32,000 nt of DNA from Ruminococcus albus 7 = DSM 20455 (GCF_000179635.2 NC_014833.1:1830001-1862000), one strand, 5' to 3'; positions 8,565 to 16,553 are shown, counted from the first letter of the stretch. A program made the numbers and translations. The notes: generated from the letters alone by a model not told the origin.

Positions 8565-9227
8565 ATGTTCATACTTGAGGTATATCTGGAAAAGCTGATA
8601 AATGAGTGCAGGAGCGCTTATGGTGAAAGGCTTGTTTATCTTGGTCTGCAGGGGAGTTATCTAAGAGGTGAAGCAACCGAAGAAAGCGATATTGACATAA
8701 TGGCAGTCATAGACGGCTTCTGCACTGCCGATATGGATATCTACCGTGGTATACTTAAAACGGTTGGTTGGTATGAAAGGTCATGCGGATTTATATGCGG
8801 CAGAGATGAACTTATGCGCTGGAATCCGCTTGAAGTTATTCAGTTGAGATACACTACCAAAGACCTTTACGGAAAACTCTCTGATCTTTTGCCTTATGCC
8901 GGTAAAGAGGATGAGATAAACTATATAAAGCTGAGCCTTGGAAATCTGTATCATGAACTATGTCACAGATATATACATTCTGATAAGGAAAACAGTGCTG
9001 TTAAACTCAAGTTTACTTTGAAAGGATTTTTCTTCCTGATACAGAATCTTCACTATGTTGAAAGCGGAGAATTTCTTCTTTCAAGACGTGAACTGAAAGA
9101 AAAGGTCAGCTCAGCTGACAGGTATATACTAGAACTATCTGAAAACTATGTTCCTGAGGATTTTGATGAAGTATTCCCTAAGGTCATAGAATGGTGCAGG
9201 CAGGCTTTCATCAGGATAGGCAGCTAA
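8565..9227 (+). CDS. Pol-beta-superfamily nucleotidyltransferase with a helical C-terminal domain (ANT/KNTase-like architecture), substrate unknown
   Basis: G-S-x10-D-x-D signature in LGLQGSYLRGEATEESDIDIMAVID, followed by a roughly 150-aa helical region. It has an AGGAGA RBS and an extended -10 (TGATATAAT) upstream. Confidence 0.7.
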   Translation: MFILEVYLEKLINECRSAYGERLVYLGLQGSYLRGEATEESDIDIMAVIDGFCTADMDIYRGILKTVGWYERSCGFICGRDELMRWNPLEVIQLRYTTKDLYGKLSDLLPYAGKEDEINYIKLSLGNLYHELCHRYIHSDKENSAVKLKFTLKGFFFLIQNLHYVESGEFLLSRRELKEKVSSADRYILELSENYVPEDFDEVFPKVIEWCRQAFIRIGS

Positions 9228-9230
9228 GTT
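9222..9230. repeat. Left copy of the 9-bp target-site duplication AGCTAAGTT
   Basis: Identical 9-mers directly abut both IS ends (9222-9230 and 10459-10467). This copy contains the TAA stop of the nucleotidyltransferase gene. Confidence 0.8.
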
Positions 9231-10458
9231 CACGGAAATCAATTTTCAAAAAATCAGGTTTCAAAAGTTACATTTATATTTCAGATTGTACAAATTACTG
9301 GACAGAGCACCTGGAAAATGATATAATATAGGCATGAATAATGGAATAACCGAGTATTTTGAAGATATTGAATTATATGAGGAATATGACGGCTATTTTT
9401 GCAGTATCCCCGATATCATTACAATAGCAATTCTTGGAAGTATCTGTGGACTTAGAAACATTAATCAGATTCATCAATGGGCGACAAATGACAGAGTAAG
9501 CGAATTCTTAAAGGAGAAATTCGGAATCGATCATGTCCCTTGCTATTATTGGATATTGAGCCTGCTGAAATATGTCAAGCCCGAATCGCTCAACCGCTGT
9601 TTTGCGGATTGGGTCTATTCATTCATGCCCGAAAAGTCCAAAAGTATGACGATCTCTCTTGACGGGAAAACTGTTTGTTCGACACTTAAAATGAGTAAGA
9701 TCGAAAGTCCTCTGCACATCATCAGCGCACAGGTATGCGAACTTGGATTGACCCTGGCACAACGCAGCACGGACGATAAAAGCAACGAGATACCTGCGGT
9801 GCAGGAGCTTCTGAAAGAACTGAAAATAAAGGGTAATATAGTTGTTGCGGATGCACTGAACTGTCAGAAAGAAACTGCTGAGATTATCGTAAAACAAAAG
9901 GCAGATTATCTGCTTTGCGTTAAGGATAATCACCCAAATTTGAAGAAAGATATCGAGGATTATGTGCAGGACAGTTCTCTCAGAGACACTATGCAAACAG
10001 TTTCAAGAACGGAGAAAAACCGTGGCAGAGTTGAAACAAGGACAGCGTATGTAACAACAGATATCAACTGGCTGGAACAGAAAAAGAGTGGAAAAATCTG
10101 AAGTGCATAGGAGCCATTCATACTGAATTTTCAACGAAAAAGGCACTTCGAGCGAATGGCACTATTACCTTTCAAGCCGCGAAATGACAGCGGAACAGCT
10201 CCTTCATCATGCAAGAATGGAATGGTCGGTTGAGTCAATGCACTGGCTGCTTGATGTTCATTTTGAAGAAGATTGGTGCAGAGTCGAAAACAAAGACGTT
10301 CAGCAATGCCTGAATATGTTCAGAAAAGCTGCGATAAATTTAATCAAGAACTTTAAAAATCGGAACAATTCTAAAGCTGCCATATCCAAACTTATGTTTG
10401 AATGTCTTATGGAGCCGCAGATGATTTCGAGGGTGATTTTTGAAAATTGATTTCCGTG
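9231..10458 (+). mobile_element. ISAs1-family insertion sequence (1228 bp)
   Basis: There are perfect 22-bp terminal inverted repeats. CACGGAAATCAATTTTCAAAAA is at 9231-9252 and its exact reverse complement is at 10437-10458. The element is flanked by a 9-bp direct repeat and encodes an ISAs1-type DDE transposase. Confidence 0.88.
9334..10450 (+). pseudogene. ISAs1-family transposase split by a 1-nt frameshift in an A5 run
   Basis: Frame 1 (9334-10101) has ISAs1 hallmarks: ..CSIPDIITIAILGSICG.., ISLDGKTV, DDKSNEIPAVQELL, VVADALNCQKE. At CAGAAAAAGAG (10078-10088) the reading frame shifts and the sequence continues as KEWKNLKCIGAIHTEFSTKKGTSSEWHYYLSSREMTAEQLLHHARMEWSVESMHWLLDVHFEEDW... to 10450. 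One extra A would restore a single ORF of about 370 aa. Confidence 0.8.
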
Positions 10459-10467
10459 AGCTAAGTT
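10459..10467. repeat. Right copy of the 9-bp target-site duplication AGCTAAGTT
   Basis: See the left copy. It immediately follows the right inverted repeat. Confidence 0.8.
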
Positions 10468-10476
10468 TATTGCATC

Positions 10477-10505
10477 TTTACATTTGTGTAAAAATATGTT
10501 ATAAT
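10477..10505 (+). promoter_or_regulatory. Sigma-A-type promoter of the mtnN-luxS operon
   Basis: TTTACA (10477-10482), 17-nt spacer ending in TGT, TATAAT (10500-10505). Confidence 0.55.
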
Positions 10506-10587
10506 CCTTTAGTGTGAGCATAGTTATCAAGCAGGATAGTTTTATTATGCTTATCTTGAAATTTATACAGTATTTACGGAGGTAATC

Positions 10588-11313
10588 ATGTTTAAAAACA
10601 AGGATCTTTATACCGTCGGTATCATCGGTGCCATGAAGCCCGAAGTTGATGCCATAAAGGAACTTCTCAAAGACGGTGATACATATACTGTCAGCGGTAT
10701 TGAATTTGTTTACGGTGAGCTTTTCGGTATGAACGTAGTGGCTGCAGTTTGCGGCATAGGCAAGGTATTCGCAGCAATATGTGCTGAGGCTATGATCGTA
10801 ACATTCAAACCGGATGTCATTATAAATGCAGGTGTTGGCGGCTCGCTGACGGACAAGCTGGATATTGGTGATGCTGGTATTGCTTCCGCAGTAGTGCAGC
10901 ATGATATGGATACCACACCATTCGGTGACCCCAAGGGTCTTATATCAGGTATCAACAAGGTGTATTTTGATTGTGATACTCACAGTGCCGATATACTTGC
11001 AGATGTGGCTGATGAACTCGGTATAAACAATGTCAGGGGCGTAATCGCTTCGGGTGATTGTTTTGTAAACAGCAGCGCTAAAAGAGACGAGCTGAGGAGT
11101 GAATTCAGTGCTATCATCTGTGAGATGGAGAGCGGTGCCATAGGTCATGTATGCTATGTCAATGAAGTGCCATTCTGTGTGCTGAGAACAGTATCGGATA
11201 ACGGTGATGATGATTCTCACAATGATTATGCTCAGTCACTGGCAAAGGCAGCAAAAGCTGAACTTGATATACTCGTCGGTTTTCTTAAAAAGCTCGGCGC
11301 AGAGAAAAATTAA
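10588..11313 (+). CDS. mtnN: 5'-methylthioadenosine/S-adenosylhomocysteine nucleosidase
   Basis: ..VGIIGAMKPEV.., ..AAVCGIGKV.., ..CEMESGAIGHVC.., ..VLRTVSDNGDD.. are Pfs/MtnN motifs. GGAGGT RBS. Confidence 0.9.
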   Translation: MFKNKDLYTVGIIGAMKPEVDAIKELLKDGDTYTVSGIEFVYGELFGMNVVAAVCGIGKVFAAICAEAMIVTFKPDVIINAGVGGSLTDKLDIGDAGIASAVVQHDMDTTPFGDPKGLISGINKVYFDCDTHSADILADVADELGINNVRGVIASGDCFVNSSAKRDELRSEFSAIICEMESGAIGHVCYVNEVPFCVLRTVSDNGDDDSHNDYAQSLAKAAKAELDILVGFLKKLGAEKN

Positions 11314-11325
11314 AGGAGGAAATAT

Positions 11326-11793
11326 ATGGAATTAATAGCAAGCTTTCAGGTAAATCATCTGGAACTTTTCCCTGGACTTTATGTTTCACGCAGAGACAGC
11401 AAGGGTGAGGCAGTAACTACCACTTTTGATATGAGGATGACCGCTCCCAACCGTGAGCCTGTCATGGACACGCCAGCGATGCATACGATAGAGCATCTGG
11501 GCGCAACATTCCTGCGCGGCTGTTCGGTAAAGGATGACGTTGTATACTTCGGACCTATGGGATGCCGTACAGGTTTCTATGTGATATTCTTCGGTGTTCA
11601 GACATCTGAGAGTGTATATAGCACTATTGTAGATATGTGTAGATTCATCCTTGACTTTGAGGGGGATATCCCCGGTGCAAAGCCGGAGGAATGCGGAAAC
11701 TATTCCGAACAGAACCTTAATATGGCTAAGTATTATATAAGGCGCTATCTCGATGATCTCACCGAGAACAAGAGATTCGTTTACCCGGAGTAA
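11326..11793 (+). CDS. luxS: S-ribosylhomocysteine lyase
   Basis: The metal-binding HTIEH motif, GPMGCRTGFY and the N-terminal ..FQVNHLELFPGLYVSR.. are all LuxS features. It starts 12 nt after mtnN with an AGGAGG RBS. Confidence 0.95.
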   Translation: MELIASFQVNHLELFPGLYVSRRDSKGEAVTTTFDMRMTAPNREPVMDTPAMHTIEHLGATFLRGCSVKDDVVYFGPMGCRTGFYVIFFGVQTSESVYSTIVDMCRFILDFEGDIPGAKPEECGNYSEQNLNMAKYYIRRYLDDLTENKRFVYPE

Positions 11794-11808
11794 TTAATAC
11801 ATATGATC

Positions 11809-11845
11809 AAAGGCACTTCCCAAAAAACGGAAGTGCCTTGTTTTT
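11809..11845. terminator. Intrinsic terminator shared by convergent luxS and the TVP38-family gene
   Basis: AAGGCACTTCC-caaaaaac-GGAAGTGCCTT followed by GTTTTT on the plus strand. Confidence 0.6.
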
Positions 11846-12632
11846 ATGAGTTATGTTTGTGCTTGTTCAGCTTTTCTACAATGCTGTCTTTGAACAGAAA
11901 ACCGAATATACCCAGTACAACAGCGGCGAATATAATACAAAGAACAGTCTTGAAATTTCCATCTATTGCGTTGCTGCCAAGCACTGTTGACATCAGTATG
12001 GCAGGAAGGCGGCAGGGCATAACGTACATAAAAAAGTCCCTCCGTTTTACCTTGGTCAGCGGGACTATATAGGATATGATATCCTTTGGTATACCCGGGA
12101 TAAGGTAGAGTATCACAAGTACCTTGATCAGCTTGCTTTCGTCCTGCAGGAATTTGTATTTCGTCAGATGTTTCTCATCGACAAAGGCTTCCACCAGGGG
12201 TTTTCCGAATTTGCTGACCATCATAAATATTACGAATGTACCCAGCATCGTACCGCCAAAGGAAAGCAGCAGTCCTATGAACCATCCGAAGAGTACTCCA
12301 CCGATTATCTGTACAGGCGGTATTACCGCTATTATTACCTGCAAAGCTTGTATCAGTACGAATATCAGCATACTCTCAACTCCTGAATATCTTGTTTCAA
12401 GAGTTTCCTTAAGCTTGTCCATGCCTTCCTCTGTCCTCAGCGCCTTTACCAGCGGTATGGATACTATGGTAGCAAGGGTGAGTATAGCCAGTATAACTAT
12501 CACTGTTACTATTTGTACCCTACGTTTGTTGCGCCGTTTACGGTGTTCGTGGATAGCATCTTTCTTTTCTTCTATTTTCTCCTTGATATGTTCTATCTCA
12601 TCAGAAATGTGTTGTTTCTTTTCTTCTTTCAT
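11844..12632 (-). CDS. TVP38/TMEM64 (DedA/SNARE-associated) family membrane protein
   Basis: Basic N-terminus, then multiple TM segments and the family-typical ..VLVILYLIPGIPKDIISYIVPLTKVKRRDFF.. I moved the start to the ATG at 12632 (MKEEKK...), which has GGAGA 8 nt upstream. The track start at 12647 is a TTG. Confidence 0.8.
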   Translation of the reverse strand: MKEEKKQHISDEIEHIKEKIEEKKDAIHEHRKRRNKRRVQIVTVIVILAILTLATIVSIPLVKALRTEEGMDKLKETLETRYSGVESMLIFVLIQALQVIIAVIPPVQIIGGVLFGWFIGLLLSFGGTMLGTFVIFMMVSKFGKPLVEAFVDEKHLTKYKFLQDESKLIKVLVILYLIPGIPKDIISYIVPLTKVKRRDFFMYVMPCRLPAILMSTVLGSNAIDGNFKTVLCIIFAAVVLGIFGFLFKDSIVEKLNKHKHNS

Positions 12633-12653
12633 TCTGCTTATCTCCAAAACAGA

Positions 12654-13208
12654 TCATTTTCTCCTAAGTATTTTTTTACGGAACCAGTTGATATATACGT
12701 CTATTGTAAGCGACAGGAACCTATCGTATACGATAAAGCATATCTGTGCCTCAGCCCATAAAAGAGGCAATGCATATTTACCGAAAAATTCTGTACCTTC
12801 CATCATATCGACGGATGTAAAAATAAACTTGAACAGATTGTAATATATCACTATTGCTATATTGAAGACTACCAGTTTCACTATCCATTTAAGCAGCTTG
12901 CTTTTGAATTTAGTCAGCCAGAACTGCAATATAGGATAATATCCCATGAACAGTATAAACAGCAGGGAAGCCTCGATATTTGGTGTTATGAACAGACAAA
13001 GCAGGCTGACAGCACAGTAATCGGCTATCGCCCATCTGCTGTCAGTTTCTACTATCATTACCACCATAAGCACTCCTGCAAATACAGGTATCGCATAACT
13101 CAGCCCGGGCAGGAAGGAACTTGAAAACATCAGCAGAAGACATACTGCTGCACATATCCCGCCAAGTGCTACACGAAAAGCAGTAGTGCCGTTTTTATGC
13201 CTGCTCAT
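12654..13208 (-). CDS. Polytopic membrane protein of unknown function (5-6 TM segments)
   Basis: 184-aa hydrophobic ORF that stops 6 nt before the TTG at 12647 (21 nt before my chosen TVP38 start). It has no Shine-Dalgarno of its own. See the leader-ORF finding. Confidence 0.65.
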   Translation of the reverse strand: MSRHKNGTTAFRVALGGICAAVCLLLMFSSSFLPGLSYAIPVFAGVLMVVMIVETDSRWAIADYCAVSLLCLFITPNIEASLLFILFMGYYPILQFWLTKFKSKLLKWIVKLVVFNIAIVIYYNLFKFIFTSVDMMEGTEFFGKYALPLLWAEAQICFIVYDRFLSLTIDVYINWFRKKILRRK

Positions 13209-13373
13209 ATATCACAGCATACGCCCAAAGTATCGCCCATGCATACTCTCCTCGCATATTTATTCTTAAGGTGAAGCTGTTAGTTTATTGCCTTGAAAAC
13301 ACCAGCTCATACCATATTTATAATAACATACTATTGTGTATTTTCTGTGATATGATGTGCAGGAATGTATACA

Positions 13374-13406
13374 AAAAATGTCCGGGGACATAACGTCCTC
13401 GGACAA
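13374..13406 (-). terminator. Intrinsic terminator after the carboxypeptidase gene
   Basis: On the minus strand TGTCCGAGGAC-gttat-GTCCCCGGACA is followed by TTTTTT. Confidence 0.6.
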
Positions 13407-13413
13407 ATATCGT

Positions 13414-14649
13414 TTATGCTTCAACGTCTTCATCAGGAACGACTGCTGAGCTTTCCTCATCGTCATCGCTCTTGCTGCTGTCGGCCTTTTCCTTTATTTC
13501 AATAAAGGTGGTGTCATTCTCTTCCTCGGATTCATCGCTGCTGTCCTCATCCTGTTTTTCCTTGCGGTCATCAGGAGTGCCTGCAGCGCCGGGCAGATAG
13601 TTCTCGAATACCAGTATCGCATCTTCAACAGAAGCGAGGTATGTATCCGACTTTGTGGTGATAGCTATATATTCTTTGCCCTTGAACTCTACAACTGTCG
13701 CAAGAGTATATCCTGCTTCGTCGGTAAAGCCTGTCTTACCGCCCAGAAGCTTCGCATCCTCTGCACCGTCCTGGTCAGCATCTACGAAGTAGCCGCCGAA
13801 ACGGGAGTGGAATATGCTCTCGAGCTCTATACCTTCCTTGTATTCCTTGGCGGGCTTGGTCGTCCATTTTTCGGTGCACAGTACCTTGCGGCAGGTCTCG
13901 TTTTCCATACAAGCTTTGGTGATAACTGCCATATCCTGTGCAGTGGTGTAATGCTGCTTATGGTGCAGACCGCTTGCGTTTGCAAAATTGGTATTAGCAA
14001 GACCAAGATCAGCAACCTTGTCATTCATCAGCTTAACGAAGTTTTTCTCATTTCCGGCAATTGCATTTGCAAGGCCGAGGGTACCGTCAGCACCGCTGGG
14101 GAGTATAGCTGCATACAGCAGATCTTCCATAGTTACTTCATCGCCTGCTACGAAGCCTGCGCAGCTTGCATTCTCTTTGGTCAGGGGAGCAAGATCCTTC
14201 TTGGTGAACTTGTATTTTGCCTGCATATCGTCAATATTCTCAACGGCTACCAGCAAAGTCATCAGCTTGGTCAGTGATGCAGGATAGATCCTTTGGTCGT
14301 ACTTCAGACCTGCAAGTATCTCATTGGAATCGCAATCCAGAAGAATTCCGGTCTGACAGGTTATATCTTTCAGGTTGATAGTTTCATACCTGTCTGAAAT
14401 CGTTGGGAGCTGAGAGGGCTTGGGTTCAGGTATGAGCTCAGCCAGCTCGTCTTCGATCGTTGTTTCCTCGTCCTCGGTCGGCAGTTCATCTGACGGAGGC
14501 GGAGCACCGACGCTTTCGTTGGGCTTGATGGTTTTTCTGCCTGTAACTACCATCAATGCACATCCGACTGCTACAATGATGATCATTACCAGCAACGCGA
14601 CAACTGCTGCGCCGCCCTTATGGTTACTGTTCTTCATTCTCCTTACCAT
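13414..14649 (-). CDS. Serine-type D-alanyl-D-alanine carboxypeptidase (peptidase S11, PBP5/DacB-like), membrane-anchored
   Basis: SxxK motif in YPASLTKLMTL, SxN-equivalent ILPSGADG and KTG in LLGGKTGFT. There is an N-terminal TM anchor and an acidic low-complexity C-terminal tail. The exact start (14649 or 14637) is uncertain. Confidence 0.85.
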   Translation of the reverse strand: MVRRMKNSNHKGGAAVVALLVMIIIVAVGCALMVVTGRKTIKPNESVGAPPPSDELPTEDEETTIEDELAELIPEPKPSQLPTISDRYETINLKDITCQTGILLDCDSNEILAGLKYDQRIYPASLTKLMTLLVAVENIDDMQAKYKFTKKDLAPLTKENASCAGFVAGDEVTMEDLLYAAILPSGADGTLGLANAIAGNEKNFVKLMNDKVADLGLANTNFANASGLHHKQHYTTAQDMAVITKACMENETCRKVLCTEKWTTKPAKEYKEGIELESIFHSRFGGYFVDADQDGAEDAKLLGGKTGFTDEAGYTLATVVEFKGKEYIAITTKSDTYLASVEDAILVFENYLPGAAGTPDDRKEKQDEDSSDESEEENDTTFIEIKEKADSSKSDDDEESSAVVPDEDVEA

Positions 14650-14672
14650 TCCTTTCGATTATACAGTTTATT

Positions 14673-15104
14673 TCATTCTTTGGTTTCAGTATCGTCATTC
14701 TGCTTCATTATGGTTTTGTAGCAGTAGCCGAGTATGTCCTTTCTTGTGACTATTCCTATGAAGATCCCTCTGTCATCAATGACAGGTATAAAGTTCTGAT
14801 CCATGCTCAGCAGTATCAGTTCTTCTACCGTTGATGAAACGTTGACGGGACGCATCCTGGTCTTTGGTGGGATCTTCTCAAGAGGATAGCTTTCCATCTC
14901 GCGGATATCATACATACCTCTTTCTACCATAAAACGCAGAAAATCGCCCTCGGATACGGTCTTGACAAATCTGCCCTCCCTGTCTATAACAGGTACAGCC
15001 GAATAACCGTGATGCTTCATCTTTTCAAGAGTCTGTCTTGCGGTACAGTCAGAATACAGATATTCTATGCACGCTTTAGGGTGCAGCAATTTCAGGATAT
15101 TCAT
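14673..15104 (-). CDS. CBS-domain pair protein
   Basis: 143 aa with two CBS repeats (..HGYSAVPVIDREGRFVKTVSEGDFL.. and ..NFIPVIDDRGIFIGIVTRKDIL..). Confidence 0.8.
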   Translation of the reverse strand: MNILKLLHPKACIEYLYSDCTARQTLEKMKHHGYSAVPVIDREGRFVKTVSEGDFLRFMVERGMYDIREMESYPLEKIPPKTRMRPVNVSSTVEELILLSMDQNFIPVIDDRGIFIGIVTRKDILGYCYKTIMKQNDDTETKE

Positions 15105-15111
15105 TATTGTG

Positions 15112-16062
15112 TTAGTTCCTCTCAGGTTTATCGCCGTATGTGTATACCAACGAAGTCAGATCCTCATAGGATATATTCTTCAGCTTTTCATCATTCATTC
15201 CTGCTGATGAGAGTTCTTCCGCACTTACATTTGCTGTAATGAATATAGCCTGACAGTAGCCAAGCTTTTGCTCAGGTGACATAACATCAAAATCAACCAT
15301 TCTTGAAATAAATGACGAATCAAATACAGATCTGTCGATCTGCTGGGTCTCTCCGTCTGTCGTTACCATCTCTCCGCCTGAGCCGAAAGCTATCTCGGTG
15401 ATAGTTCTGGTCTCTGTCATGCCCTCGTCACCGTTCACGCCTTCTACCATATATTTTGTGGTATACTTTGCAGGCAGTCCTGTTTCTTTATCGAAATAAA
15501 AATCAATTACCGTGATGTAAGTTCCGCCTGTATATGTATACTCTTCCACATCATAGATCTTTGCGCTTTCCGCATCGATATGAGTTTCAGTAGCAGGCAG
15601 ATCCTGATCGACTACAGTTTCTATGATGCTAACCGGTAATTCAGCAGATCTTTTGCGGTATATGCCGCATACGTTGTCAAAATCGTATGCTGTTCCTCCT
15701 GTACAGATAGATCCGCTGGAACCTATCTCATTGGTCTGCAGTTCATAATAATCGCTGCCGTCTTTTATCCTGAGGATCTCCGTTTCATTTCCCGAAGCAT
15801 CGGTATATCTGAGCTTTATACGATACTGTTCATTCTGCAGTAGATCATAAGCCTGTTTTATATGTACACCGTTTGATGCTGTTCTTGTCTTGGATTCACC
15901 GTCCGTGACTACTTCATCTATGGTGCTTTCATCAGTTACAATGCTGCTGCTTTTATTTTTTTTCGTCTTCTTGCTGTTTTTGTCTTTATCCTTACTGCAG
16001 GCTGTGCAGGAAAATACCAGCACCGCAGCTGTCAGCAAAGCGGCGAGTTTATTTATTTTCAT
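15112..16062 (-). CDS. Lipoprotein of unknown function, paralogue of 21574..22368
   Basis: Signal peptide plus lipobox (..VLVFSCTACSKDKDK..) and a Lys/Ser-rich linker. AAAGGA RBS. It is the first gene of the lipoprotein-CBS-carboxypeptidase string. Confidence 0.75.
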   Translation of the reverse strand: MKINKLAALLTAAVLVFSCTACSKDKDKNSKKTKKNKSSSIVTDESTIDEVVTDGESKTRTASNGVHIKQAYDLLQNEQYRIKLRYTDASGNETEILRIKDGSDYYELQTNEIGSSGSICTGGTAYDFDNVCGIYRKRSAELPVSIIETVVDQDLPATETHIDAESAKIYDVEEYTYTGGTYITVIDFYFDKETGLPAKYTTKYMVEGVNGDEGMTETRTITEIAFGSGGEMVTTDGETQQIDRSVFDSSFISRMVDFDVMSPEQKLGYCQAIFITANVSAEELSSAGMNDEKLKNISYEDLTSLVYTYGDKPERN

Positions 16063-16201
16063 TGTTTTTATCCTTTCGATTTATATGTAAAGTTCTCACA
16101 GCTACACAAATTAATTATACACCCCGCCAAACTTTATGTCAAGTGAAATTTTAGAGTGTTTCTTAGGGCAAATTTAGTTAAAAGGACAATTTTTTGCCCG
16201 C

Positions 16202-16230
16202 AAAAAAAGAGCGCCGAAGTGCAGGGCTCT
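16202..16230 (-). terminator. Intrinsic terminator following the dockerin-remnant ORF
   Basis: On the minus strand AGAGCCCTGCACTTCGGCGCTC is followed by TTTTTTT. Confidence 0.5.
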
Positions 16231-16241
16231 GCAAAAGTTTA

Positions 16242-16451
16242 TTATAATACTGTTTTACCCTTGAGGTATGCTGCAATCTTTTCAAGATCTGTGACATCCG
16301 TTCTGCCGTCATTGTTCAAATCCGCTCTTCTTGTCTGTGTGATGTATAATATCGGGATACAGTACATTGAAGCTCTTTTCCTGCTTCCAGTCATCGTCGC
16401 GCAGAACGAGAACCAGTCAACTCTCTGTGAAATGATATATTCGTCAGTAAT
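16242..16451 (-). pseudogene. Remnant 3' end of a dockerin-bearing gene (single intact dockerin Ca-binding repeat, upstream part frame-broken)
   Basis: The minus-strand frame ends ...RRADLNNDGRTDVTDLEKIAAYLKGKTVL-stop. D-x-N-x-D-G-x-x-D followed by an amphipathic helix ending KGK is a typical dockerin repeat. The upstream sequence reads sensibly only in another frame (LVLVLRDDDWKQEKSFNVLYPDIIHHTDKK) and has no proper start. Confidence 0.45.
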
Positions 16452-16528
16452 TCAGTTATAGAGATGTGATTGGTCTACAGCGGTATAATTATGCAATTTT
16501 TTTGTGCGGTTGTCAAGTCTTTTTTTAT

Positions 16529-16553
16529 AAAAAAAGCCCCGCCGAAGCGGGGC
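16529..16553 (-). terminator. Intrinsic terminator of rnpB
   Basis: On the minus strand GCCCCGC-TTCG-GCGGGGC is followed by seven T residues. Confidence 0.75.

Noticed and set aside
10078-10101. Programmed ribosomal frameshift in the ISAs1 transposase at the A5 run.
   Set aside because: ISAs1-family transposases are normally single ORFs. The site has no heptameric slippery motif (A-AAA-AAG type with correct phasing) and no downstream structure. A simple 1-nt homopolymer deletion or sequencing error is more parsimonious.
16156-16461. A 101-aa plus-strand ORF in the rnpB-proximal spacer.
   Set aside because: It has no RBS and its composition looks odd. It is antisense to the dockerin-repeat remnant, which has its own promoter and terminator.
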